Assembly: GCA_965198065.1 (NCBI GenBank) | Contig: CBDAON010000004.1 | Location: forward strand, 2,272,001-2,336,000 | From: Longimicrobiales bacterium | GTDB lineage: Bacteria > Gemmatimonadota > Gemmatimonadetes > Longimicrobiales > Gaopeijiaceae | Length of the DNA stretch: 64,000 nt | Direction of reading: 5' to 3' | Shown here: piece after piece, positions 23,797 to 36,190 of the stretch | Layout: each line of letters opens with the position of its first letter | How positions within the stretch are numbered: the first letter of the stretch is position 1 | The notes under the pieces: model-generated | Seen by the model: only the letters and a program-made list of their open reading frames with translations | Database searches by the model: none | Told to the model about the DNA's origin: nothing | Translations under genes and position numbers: made by a program

Positions 23797-24006
23797 ATGC
23801 GTACCACGGGGATCGTTAAGTGGTTCAATGATGCCAAAGGATTTGGCTTCATCACCCCGGACGGTGAGGAGAAGGACTGCTTCGTGCATCACTCGGCCAT
23901 CCAGGCCGAGGGCTTCCGCACCCTGTCCGAGGGGGAGCGGGTCGAGTTCGATCTCGTACAGGGGCAGAAGGGGCCCGCCGCGGAGAACGTCACCAAGTTG
24001 GGCTGA
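23797..24006 (+). CDS. Cold-shock protein (Csp family)
   Basis: [13 protein letters not shown] (RNP1), FVHHSAI (RNP2), KGPAAENV. Confidence 0.96.
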   Translation: MRTTGIVKWFNDAKGFGFITPDGEEKDCFVHHSAIQAEGFRTLSEGERVEFDLVQGQKGPAAENVTKLG

Positions 24007-24039
24007 GCCCCCGGATCTCTCCCGGGGGTCCAAGAAGAG

Positions 24040-24076
24040 AGCCGCTCCGGCGCCGAGCCGGGGCGGCTTCTTTGTT
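24040..24076 (+). terminator. Intrinsic terminator after the csp gene
   Basis: Stem agccgctccggc/gccggggcggct followed by tctttgtt. Confidence 0.7.
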
Positions 24077-24116
24077 GACCCCGTTTTCGCAGTCCGGTTA
24101 GCTTCCGCGCGAATCC

Positions 24117-24191
24117 GCGCCCGTAGCTCAGCTGGATTAGAGCACCGGCCTTCTAAGCCGGGGGTCCCAGGTTCGAGTCCTGGCGGGCGCG
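24117..24191 (+). tRNA. tRNA-Arg(TCT)
   Basis: Acceptor gcgcccg/cgggcgc, anticodon arm ccggc-ctTCTaa-gccgg, TTCGA T-loop. CCA not encoded. Confidence 0.93.
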
Positions 24192-24203
24192 TGGCTGGAG
24201 CGC

Positions 24204-24240
24204 AAAGCCCCACAACGGTTTCCGCCGTCGTGGGGCTTTC
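24204..24240. terminator. Hairpin terminator after tRNA-Arg (possibly bidirectional)
   Basis: aaagccccac...gtggggcttt inverted repeat. Confidence 0.55.
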
Positions 24241-24397
24241 ACGTTTCGGGGAAGGGGAGCGGCGCAGTGACGTTCCCGGTGACAAACGAACCCTATTTCC
24301 GGGCGTGGGGGCGGGCCCGGCGGGCCTCTCGCCGGCGTTTCGGATCGTGCGCCGGCAGCATCGGTAGTAGTACGTCCAAGTGCACAGGGAGGTAGTA

Positions 24398-24800
24398 ATG
24401 AGGAAGTGGCTGAGACGCATCCGCGGTGCGGTCGGAATGGGCGCTCGTCAGTGTGCTGATGGGGGTGACCAGTATTCTCCTGGCCGGTCTCCCGTGGGAA
24501 CCCTTCTTTGAGGTCTTTGATGCCCCGTTGCCGGCGCTAGCGATACCGGGCTTCTTTGGTGGTGCGCTCTTTTCAACGGTGCTTGGGATTGCAGGGTGCC
24601 GTTGCAGATTCGACGAGTTGTCGCTTCCCCGATTCCCCGCTTGGTAGTGGTACAGTTTGAAGTACCACTACCAAGCCTCCGGGTCGCTGATTCTAGCCAG
24701 AATGGCAGAGGACCGAGAATTGCTCGAGGCCCGTGAGGACGTCGCTGAGGTGGGGCTTACCGAAGGCGAGGCGCAGGAGCTGCTCGGAGGCACGGACTGA
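24398..24800 (+). pseudogene. Membrane protein pseudogene interrupted by a palindrome
   Basis: MRKWLRRIRGAVGMG start after GGAGG, then frameshifts and a stop at the palindrome. A protein-like tail (SGSLILARMAEDRELLE...ELLGGTD*) resumes after it. Confidence 0.5.
24639..24676. repeat. Perfect 15-bp inverted repeat with 8-nt spacer
   Basis: gcttggtagtggtac-agtttgaa-gtaccactaccaagc. Confidence 0.95.
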
Positions 24801-24849
24801 TCCCTCCACGGGCATCCAGCCGCAAGCCCGGAGAACGTGCCGGTGCGAA

Positions 24850-24965
24850 ATCGAGGAAATCGCGGAGACGTTGGATGTTGCAACAGTGTTGGAGTGCGAC
24901 CTTCAGCAGGTGGGTGAAACGGTTCGTGTCCGGCCTCGGCTTGTAGAGGCTGCAACTGGGGCTGA
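24850..24965 (+). pseudogene. Fragment of a TolB-N-like domain
   Basis: EIAETLDVATVLE...VGETVRV...LVEAATG resembles the TolB-like domain of TPR proteins. No start or end. Confidence 0.4.
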
Positions 24966-25193
24966 CGAACTCGCTGACAACCGGAGTGGGCTTGCCTACC
25001 CGAAATTGCGCCGTTGCTTGATTCTCTCCGAGCGATCAAGCTCGGCCAGGTCCGCCGAGATCCCCCCGGGTGTCCTTTACGCCCCCCGGGGGGGATCTGT
25101 AGCTTTCAGCGCGCGCAACGGGGGGGGGCCCGGCGCTGGCGTGTCCGGAAGCGGGTCTCGGCCGGCTGGGAGGACCCCTCCGAGCGCCCTCAC

Positions 25194-25268
25194 GGTGGGC
25201 GTAGCTCAGTTGGTTAGAGCGCCAGGTTGTGGCCCTGGAGGTCGCCGGTTCAATCCCGGTCGCTCACC
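25194..25268 (+). tRNA. tRNA-His(GTG)
   Basis: G-1 plus gtgggcg/cgctcac acceptor, ccagg-ttGTGgc-cctgg anticodon arm, TTCAA T-loop. Confidence 0.93.
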
Positions 25269-25313
25269 CTTTCGTGCCCCTCGAGGAGAGGCCCAGGCGC
25301 GCGCTTGGTTCAG

Positions 25314-25372
25314 TTGACACCCGCCTGAGCGCGGTTTATCGTCAGCCTTCTCTTCTTCATGCTTTTTGACAA
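25314..25372 (+). promoter_or_regulatory. rRNA promoter and boxA-like antitermination site
   Basis: TTGACA-17 nt-TATCGT (25314-25342) and tgctttttgacaa (25360-25372). Confidence 0.7.
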
Positions 25373-25530
25373 CTTGGGTCTCGAGAAAGCGAGTGGGCCC
25401 ACACGCGGCGGGCACTACGTCCCGCCGTTTTGATTTGCCCGGCTTTGGTCGGTCGATCAGTGGGTTTCCAACGTAGATTCCGAACGTCGGTCGAGTACGA
25501 CCACAGTTCATCAAGAGCTGTATCGAACAC

Positions 25531-27088
<1,558 letters not shown>

Positions 27089-27274
27089 TAGAGAACGCCG
27101 AGTAAGACGCCCCGCAAGGGTCGCGTCGGAAAGGCACTCGAAAGTCGACCCACTCGTTTTCTCGGGGCTCCGGTTTCAATCCTGCGATTTGACATCCGGC
27201 CTCGCTCGACTGCGGGGCCGTCTTCGTTGCTCCGGCCCGGGCCCGGACCACCCTCCGAAACGCCTCGAGCGATC

Positions 27275-28357
27275 ATGGACGCGCCCTCCCGCGAGAGCCA
27301 GCCGAGCGGGTCTCCCTCCCCGGATGCGACTGTCTCGGGCGCGATCCCCCCGGACACGAACCCTCCAGATGAGGCATCCTCGGGCGTCACCCCTTCGGAC
27401 GCGAGCTCCTCGGACCGGACCGCTCCGAAAGCGACTTTCTGCGGATACGTAGCGCTCGTCGGCGCCCCGAATGCTGGGAAGTCTACTCTCCTGAACGCGC
27501 TCGTGGGCGAGCCGCTCTCGATCGTCACGGCGAAGGCCCAGACCACGTGGAGGCGGATCACCGGAATCCGGAGCACGGCCGCCCACCAGATGATCTTCCT
27601 CGACACGCCCGGTGTGCTCGAGCCCCGGGACATGCTCCACCGCTCCCTTCTCGTCACAGCTCGCACGGCGGTGCGGGAGGCCGACGTCTCCGTGCTCGTT
27701 CTGGATCCGCTCGCTCCTCTGGACGCTACCGAACGGACGGCCCTCCTCGAGGTGGCCGGCCTGTCCCGCGCCCCGGCGATCGGCGTCGTGAACAAGGTGG
27801 ACAGTGCGGACGAGGAAGCGGTCCGTGCGGAGGAGCGGTGGCTCCAAGCGACGATCGGGCGCCGGGCCGCCGGTGGAAGTCCCCTCCGGATCTCGGCGCT
27901 CGCGGGGGAGGGCCTCGACGGGCTCCTCTCCGAGATCGAGCGGCTCCTTCCTGCCGGCCCCTTCCTCTATCCCGTGGACGAGATCGCCTCCGATCCGGTG
28001 CGCCTCTTCGCAGCCGAGTTCGTGAGGGAGGCCATCTTCGAGGACTTTCGGAACGAGATCCCCTACGCGACGTATTGCGAGGTTGAGGCGTTCCGTGACG
28101 ACCCCGATAGGACCTACGTTCAGGTCGTCCTCTACGTTGAGCGGGCTTCGCAAAAGGGGATTCTCATCGGAAAGGGGGGGAAGGCGATACGATCTCTCGG
28201 AACGAAGGCGCGCGGCCGACTCGAGCGGCTCCTGGATCGGCCGGTGTACCTCGACCTCTGGATCAAGGTGCTGCCCGGCTGGCGGAAGAAGAAGCACCAC
28301 CTGAGGCGACTCGGGTTCGCGGTCCCAGATGACGATGCCGAGCCTAAGGGCTCCTGA
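27275..28357 (+). CDS. era: GTPase Era
   Basis: GAPNAGKS, QTT, DTPG, NKVD, and KH-domain motifs E.PY and SQKGILIGKGG. Start codon uncertain. Confidence 0.95.
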   Translation: MDAPSRESQPSGSPSPDATVSGAIPPDTNPPDEASSGVTPSDASSSDRTAPKATFCGYVALVGAPNAGKSTLLNALVGEPLSIVTAKAQTTWRRITGIRSTAAHQMIFLDTPGVLEPRDMLHRSLLVTARTAVREADVSVLVLDPLAPLDATERTALLEVAGLSRAPAIGVVNKVDSADEEAVRAEERWLQATIGRRAAGGSPLRISALAGEGLDGLLSEIERLLPAGPFLYPVDEIASDPVRLFAAEFVREAIFEDFRNEIPYATYCEVEAFRDDPDRTYVQVVLYVERASQKGILIGKGGKAIRSLGTKARGRLERLLDRPVYLDLWIKVLPGWRKKKHHLRRLGFAVPDDDAEPKGS

Positions 28358-28364
28358 TCGGCCC

Positions 28365-29357
28365 ATGCGGCGCCTCCCCACGACACTCGGCGTGTTCGTG
28401 CTCGGCGTCTGGGCCGTAGGGGCTCCCGCGAGCCTCCGCGCCCAGGAGGAACCCGCGCCGACCGAGGAAGGCGCGAGGTTCCTCCTCCTCCCGGTGGGCG
28501 CCCAAGGGGTGGGGCTCGCCCGCGCCATGACCGCCCTCTCGACCCCGGAGGGGGCGTTCTGGAATCCGGCCGGGTTGGCGCAGCTCGGGCGCTCGCGGGT
28601 GATGCTCTATCAGGGTGAGCATCTGAGCGGTGACGGCACGAGCGTCTCTTTCCTCCTCGCCCCGTGGCCGACGGGGGCGATCGGGATCTCGTATTCTCTG
28701 CTGGACTCCGGATCGCAGGAGGTCACCGACGACACGGGAACCGTGGTGGGCTCGATCACGGTCCGTAACCATCAGGCCATCCTGTCCGGGGCCACGCGAA
28801 TCACCTCGTGGCTGAACGGGGGCGTGAACGTGAAGTGGGTCCAGTTCCGCCTCGGGTGCCGCGGCCAGTGCCCGGCCGGTGCCGTGAGCGAGACCAGCTA
28901 CGCCACGGACGTGGGGGTCCTCGTTCGCCCCCTGGGGAGTTCCGTGCTTCAGATTGGGATGATGGTGGCCCACATGGGCCCCGCCCTCCGGAGGGGCGAC
29001 GAGCAGGAGTCGAGCCCCCTCCCGTCCCGGCTGCGCCTGGCCGCCGCCTACGAGCTTCGCCGCCAGATCGCCGAGGAGGAGGTGGCGTTCCGTGTCGTCG
29101 CCGAGGGGGAGGATCGCACGCGGGCGCTCGGGGATCCCTCGTTCTTCCTCGGTGGTGAGGTCGCCGCCGGGACCGACGATCGCGTGTACGTGCGGGGCGG
29201 ATACGTCTTCGGCAGCCTCAACGAAACCTACGGGGCGGCCATCGGGCTGGGCCTCGCGTACGAGCGGTTCGAGCTCAGCGTGTCTCGCGAGCTCCCCCGC
29301 GGAGGGCCTGCGCTGGAGCAGGAACCCGTCCATCTCTCCCTCGGCGTGGCCTTTTGA
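28365..29357 (+). CDS. PorV/PorQ-like outer-membrane barrel
   Basis: Signal peptide, FLLLPVGAQGVGL, WNPAGL, terminal Phe. Confidence 0.7.
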   Translation: MRRLPTTLGVFVLGVWAVGAPASLRAQEEPAPTEEGARFLLLPVGAQGVGLARAMTALSTPEGAFWNPAGLAQLGRSRVMLYQGEHLSGDGTSVSFLLAPWPTGAIGISYSLLDSGSQEVTDDTGTVVGSITVRNHQAILSGATRITSWLNGGVNVKWVQFRLGCRGQCPAGAVSETSYATDVGVLVRPLGSSVLQIGMMVAHMGPALRRGDEQESSPLPSRLRLAAAYELRRQIAEEEVAFRVVAEGEDRTRALGDPSFFLGGEVAAGTDDRVYVRGGYVFGSLNETYGAAIGLGLAYERFELSVSRELPRGGPALEQEPVHLSLGVAF

Positions 29358-29373
29358 CTCTCGGCGTGACCCC

Positions 29374-31401
29374 TTGAGCGCGAATCGCGGATCTCCGCGA
29401 GACGAGATCGGGCTCACAGCCTCGGGGCTCCTGGCGGGCCTGAAGGAGGCCCTCTACCGGCCCCTAAAGCCCAAAGAGATTTCCCGCGCGCTCCGCATTC
29501 CCCAGTCGGAGTACCGGGCCCTGAAGCGCGCCCTCCGCCAGCTCGAGGAGCAGGGGGAGCTCCGGCGGGTGGGCGGCAACCGGTACATGCTGCGGAAGAA
29601 GGACGGGGACGAGGGGTCCGGCGGCACGGGAGTGCACCGCCGGCGACCCTCTCGACAGAGCTCTCGAGGGGCGGGCGGGAAACCCTGGGGAGCCAGCTCC
29701 CGGCCCGCAGTCGTGGGTACCTACCACCGGGGTCGGACCTACGGCTCCGTCCGGCCCCTCGACCCCAGGGCGTCGTCCGAGATCGTGATCCCGAGAGGGA
29801 GCGAGGAGGGGGCTCGAGACGGGGATGTCGTCGTCGTCCGGGTGACCCAGTCCCGTGGGCGCCGCACGAGGCTCGCCGGCCGGGTGGAGGATGTGCTCGG
29901 ACGTTCGGGGGGGCCGGGGGTGGACGTCCTCGCAGTGCTCCATTCGTACGGGCTCTCGGAAGAGTTCCCCCCGGAGGTCGAGGCGGCGGCGACGGTCGCC
30001 CGGGCACGGGTCGAGGCCCCGGGCGAGCGTGTGGACCGAAGGACCCTCCATGTGGTCGCAATCGATCCGGCGGACGCCCGCGATCACGACGACGCCCTCT
30101 CCGTGGCCCCCCTCGGGAAGGGCCGCTGGGAGGTCGGCGTCCACATCGCGGACGTCTCCTGGTTCGTCGAGGAGGGATCCGCCCTGGACCTCGAGGCCCT
30201 GGCCCGCGGGACCTCCGTATATCTGGTGGACCAGGTGGTCCCCATGCTTCCGCACGGTCTCTCGTCGGACCTGTGCTCCCTGGTGGAGGGGGAGGAGCGC
30301 TTCGCCCTCTCCCTCTTCCTCCGCATGGACGAGGCGGGTCGGGTCGACGGTCACCGGTACGAGCGGACCCGCATCCGGTGCGCTCGGCAGCTCGATTACG
30401 ATCACGCCCAGGAGGTGCTCGAAGGAAAGGCGTCGGTGGACCCGCTGACCGAGGATGCGCTCCGGGTTCTAGACCGGCTCGCGAAGGCTCTCCGAGCGAA
30501 GCGCCGAGCTCGAGGCTCGCTCGACTTCGACCTCCCCGAGGCCCGCGTGATCCTGGACCAGGACGGGGTCCCCGTGGACATCCTCCGCACAGTCCAGCTT
30601 GACTCGCATCGGCTCATCGAGGACTTCATGATCCTCGCAAACGAGGTCGTCGCGGGGGACGGGAAGAAGCGCGGCCTACACATCCCGTTCCGCGTTCACG
30701 AGCCCCCGGCCCCGGATCGCGTGGAGGCGCTCGGCGATTTCCTCGCCCCTCTCGGCTACTCGGTACCCCGAGCCGCGGTAAGCCCCAAGGCTCTGCAGGG
30801 GGTCCTCGATCGCGCCAAAGGCAGGCCGGAGGACGCGCTCGTGTCCACCGTCGTGCTGCGCGCCATGGAGCGGGCTCGGTACGACGTGGATAACCTGGGG
30901 CATTTCGGGCTCGCGTCCCGCGCTTACACGCACTTCACGTCGCCGATCCGGCGCTACCCGGACCTGGCGCTCCACCGGGTCGTGGCCCGGTGCCTGGTCG
31001 AGGGGAAGCCCCCTCTTCGCCTCTGGGAACGGGAACGAATGGGAGAGGTGGCCGGGCGGTCGAGCGAGAGGGAGAGGGTGGCCCAGCAGGCCGAGCGGGA
31101 CTCGATCGACATGAAGAAGATCGAGTTCATGTCTCGCCACCTGGGCGAAGACTTCGAGGGCACGATCTCCGCGGTCACGTCGTTCGGGTTCTTCGTTCTC
31201 CTGGACCGCTTCTTCGTGGACGGTCTCGTGCACGTGACTTCGCTGGACGACGACTTCTACATGTTCCTGCCCGAGGAGTACGCCCTAATCGGGAAGCGCT
31301 CGAAGCGCCGGCTTCGCCTCGGTGATCGGGTCAGTGTGCGGATCGTCCGAACGGAAAAGGAGGCCAGACGCGTCGACTTCCTCCTGGTCGCTCTCGCGTA
31401 G
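29374..31401 (+). CDS. rnr: Ribonuclease R
   Basis: IDPADARDHDDA, VHIADVS, RGTSVY, HFTSPIRRYPD, C-terminal S1 domain. Start approximate. Confidence 0.92.
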   Translation: MSANRGSPRDEIGLTASGLLAGLKEALYRPLKPKEISRALRIPQSEYRALKRALRQLEEQGELRRVGGNRYMLRKKDGDEGSGGTGVHRRRPSRQSSRGAGGKPWGASSRPAVVGTYHRGRTYGSVRPLDPRASSEIVIPRGSEEGARDGDVVVVRVTQSRGRRTRLAGRVEDVLGRSGGPGVDVLAVLHSYGLSEEFPPEVEAAATVARARVEAPGERVDRRTLHVVAIDPADARDHDDALSVAPLGKGRWEVGVHIADVSWFVEEGSALDLEALARGTSVYLVDQVVPMLPHGLSSDLCSLVEGEERFALSLFLRMDEAGRVDGHRYERTRIRCARQLDYDHAQEVLEGKASVDPLTEDALRVLDRLAKALRAKRRARGSLDFDLPEARVILDQDGVPVDILRTVQLDSHRLIEDFMILANEVVAGDGKKRGLHIPFRVHEPPAPDRVEALGDFLAPLGYSVPRAAVSPKALQGVLDRAKGRPEDALVSTVVLRAMERARYDVDNLGHFGLASRAYTHFTSPIRRYPDLALHRVVARCLVEGKPPLRLWERERMGEVAGRSSERERVAQQAERDSIDMKKIEFMSRHLGEDFEGTISAVTSFGFFVLLDRFFVDGLVHVTSLDDDFYMFLPEEYALIGKRSKRRLRLGDRVSVRIVRTEKEARRVDFLLVALA

Positions 31402-31502
31402 GGGGTCGGCTAGACCCACTGCCGGCTCCGGAGTCGTTTGACTTCGGCCCGCCCCATGGATAGCGTCAAGCCGGTTTTCCCCCACTGACCCGAACCCCAG
31501 CT

Positions 31503-32466
31503 ATGTCGGCGGCACAGAGCCTCCTCTTCTTCGACGGTGGGCAAAACGAGCCCCTCGCTCTCCTCCGGGAGTTCGCCGCCTCCCACAGCCTGGATCTCGA
31601 GAGCCTGGCGACGCCGGAGGAGATGTTCGTCCGAGCGAACCGCGGCTTCCCCGCGTGCATGTTCCTGGACGCCAGGGGCGACGGGTCCGGCGCGCTGGCG
31701 ATCTGCGAGCGCATCAAGAAGGATCCGTTCCTGGCCATCATCCCCGTCGCCCTCCTCGTGGGCGCGGGCTCCGACGACCTAGCCACGAGGGGCCTCGAGG
31801 TCGGGGCGGACGAGGTTCTTCACGAGAAGCTGTCCGATCGCGAGAAGTCTGTTCGCCTGGACGTTTTGCTCCGCAGGGCGACCAGGGACATGTCCGTGCA
31901 TCCGACCACCCGCCTCCCCGGAACCAACCAGATCGAGCGAGACATTGCTCGCAGGATGGCTGACGGTGGGCGATTCGCACTCTGCTACGCCGACGTCGAT
32001 CACTTCAAGGAGTTCAACGACCGGTACGGCTACAACAGGGGCGACCGCGTGATCCTGCTCCTCTCCATGATCCTCCGGGACGTGGTCCGCGCCTTGGCAC
32101 CGGGAGGATTCGTGGGCCACATCGGGGGGGGACGACTTCATCTTCTCGGTTCCGCTAGAGCACATGGAGAAGACGTGCGACGAGATCCTCGCTCTCTTCG
32201 ACGAGCTGATCCCGTTCCAGTACCACGAGAAGGATCGAAAGGCCGGTTACTACCTTGGGAAGGACCGGCGCGGGAACCTTCTTCGCATCCCGCTCATGAC
32301 CCTCTCAATCGGCGTGGTCACAAATCAGTTCCAGGAGTTCGCGCACCCTGCGCAGGCCAGCGAGCTTTGCGCGGAGATGAAGACTTACGCGAAGACGCTC
32401 CTGGGATCGGTATACGTCGTGGACCGGCGGCAGATCGAGGCAGCGGAAGCCCCCGCGAAGGTGTGA
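31503..32466 (+). CDS. Receiver-like/GGDEF (GGDDF) protein, frameshifted in a G8 tract at 32124-32131
   Basis: D.DHFKEFNDRYGY..GD. Removing one G gives GHIGGDDF and joins ORF 32164..32466. Confidence 0.8.
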
Positions 32467-32473
32467 GAGAACG

Positions 32474-33403
32474 TTGATCCCGGCGGCCCGATTCTTCACG
32501 ACCCATTGCCCCTCCTGCTCGACCGGGTTCCCCATCGATCCCGGCAAGGTCCCCGAGGGTGGGATTGCCGCGATCTGCTCGGATTGCCGGCGCGTGTTCA
32601 CGGTGGTGGTGCCCGAGGGGTACTCCACCGCGGCATCCGCCGACATCCTGGGCGGCTCGCCTCGGGAAGAACCGGATCTCCCCGCGTTCACGATCGAGGA
32701 GCCTGGCATCGAGGCTCCATCTCTGGAAGTGGAAGCGGAGGACGCGGCTGATCGGCCCTCCCTCGACATCGAGCCCGACGTCGAACCGCCGGCGGAAGTG
32801 GAACACGAGGCGCCAGCGGATCGCCTGGACGCCGAGCCCCTTCCGGGCGCGGCCCTGCTCCTGGACGACGAGCTTCCCGACTCGCCCGCCGCCGCAGCGC
32901 CTCCGGCCGCCACGGAGGATCCGCCGACGAAGGTCCCGGAGCCACCTCCCACCTCGACTCCCACCGCCGATCCGGGTTCGACAGCCCCGGCTCCGAAGGC
33001 CGAGCCGAAGCCGGCGGCGCAGCCGCCCGAGACCGAACCGCGGCCGGACCCCACCTACGTGGACCTCAGCCGCCTTGCGAACGAGGCCCTGGCCGACGAA
33101 GCGCCGGCCCCGCCAATGGCAGGGAAGTCGGCGACAGCGGGAAGTCAGCGGTTCGGTAAGCGGGACCCGCACGAGCGGGCTCAGCACCTGGCCCGCGTGC
33201 TCGTCTCCGACATCATCGCGTACTATCCGGTCCGGTACCAGGATGCGCTCTCCAAGGGTACTCTCGCGGAGGACTTCGCGAACGAGATCAAGAAATCGTT
33301 CAGGGAGTTCACGGATCAGGTCGGAGCCGAGATGGCCGAATCAACACCTTACTTCAACCAGGCGTTGAACGAAGTCCTCGCCCGCGGGAAGCAGGTCTTC
33401 TGA
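32474..33403 (+). CDS. Zinc-ribbon protein with Pro/acidic linker and helical C-terminal domain
   Basis: CPSC...CSDC, low-complexity middle, ARVLVSDI...YFNQAL C-terminus. Confidence 0.75.
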   Translation: MIPAARFFTTHCPSCSTGFPIDPGKVPEGGIAAICSDCRRVFTVVVPEGYSTAASADILGGSPREEPDLPAFTIEEPGIEAPSLEVEAEDAADRPSLDIEPDVEPPAEVEHEAPADRLDAEPLPGAALLLDDELPDSPAAAAPPAATEDPPTKVPEPPPTSTPTADPGSTAPAPKAEPKPAAQPPETEPRPDPTYVDLSRLANEALADEAPAPPMAGKSATAGSQRFGKRDPHERAQHLARVLVSDIIAYYPVRYQDALSKGTLAEDFANEIKKSFREFTDQVGAEMAESTPYFNQALNEVLARGKQVF

Positions 33404-33443
33404 CGCCGTTCCCCGAACGGGCGTCCCCTGGGATGTCTGCCCG

Positions 33444-34554
33444 ATGAATTCCGACAAGCTCCAACATGTCAGACGGCTCCGCCAACGGGTCCAGGACCTG
33501 AGGGGGTTCCTTTGACCTGCATCACCGGGAGCGCAGGATCGAGGAGCTCGAGGCACGAATGGCAGAGCCCGACTTCTGGAGTCGTCCGGAGCACGCTCGC
33601 GAGGTCATGGCTGAAGCCACGCGCCTGAAGAGCTGGCTCGGGCCGTGGTCGAAGATCGACGGGAAGACGGCGGAGCTCCTCGAGATGGCGGAGCTCCTGA
33701 AGGAAGAGCCGGACGCCGGGCTCGAGGAGGAGTGGGACCGAGAGCTGGCTACTGCGGAGGACGGGGTGGACGAGCTGGAGCTCCGAACCATGCTCCAGGG
33801 CGAGAACGACCAGCGGGGCGCGATCCTCACGATTCATCCGGGGGCGGGGGGCACCGAGTCGCAGGAGTGGGCCGAGATGCTGATGCGCATGTATGGCCGC
33901 TGGGCCGAGAGGCATGGGTACGACGTCGAAGTTCTGGACCGGCAGCCGGGGGAGGAGGCCGGAATCAAGAGTGCCGCGCTCCAGGTCTCCGGGGAGTCCG
34001 CCTTCGGATTTTTGAAGGCGGAGAAGGGCGTGCACCGCCTGGTCCGGATCTCTCCGTTCGACGCGCAGTCGCGCCGACATACCTCCTTCGCGTCCGTCTT
34101 CGTCTATCCCCAGGTAGAGGACGACGCCGAGATCGAAGTGGACGAGAGCGACCTGAGGATCGATACGTATCGGTCTTCGGGCGCCGGAGGGCAGCACGTG
34201 AACAAGACCGACTCGGCCGTACGCATCACGCACGTTCCAACCAGGATCGTAGTGTCGTGCCAGAAGGAGCGCTCCCAGCACAAGAACAAGTCCACGGCAA
34301 TGAAGATGCTGCGAGCGGCCCTGCTCGAGCGTGCGCAGGCAGAGAAAGAGAAAGAGCGCGAGGCGGTCGAGGCGGAGAAGACGGACATCGCCTGGGGAAA
34401 CCAGATCCGCTCGTACGTCTTCCAGCCGTATACGATGGTGAACGACCATCGCACGGAGCTGAAGGTGAGCGACGTAGAAGGCGTCATGGACGGCGATCTC
34501 GATCCCTTCATCCGTGCGTACCTGAAGCAGGCCGGGGCGAGGGCCCGGACGTGA
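33444..34554 (+). CDS. prfB: Peptide chain release factor 2 with programmed +1 frameshift
   Basis: 23-codon ORF ending AGGGGG-ttc-CTT-TGA-C (33501-33516), then SPF and GGQ motifs in the +1 frame. Confidence 0.96.
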
Positions 34555-34578
34555 GCGCCCGTTCATGAGTGGACGGGC

Positions 34579-36138
<1,560 letters not shown>

Positions 36139-36190
36139 GAGCGTGCCCGCTGCGTCCGCGAGGGGGGCCGGCTGGCGGAGCGTTCCGCAC

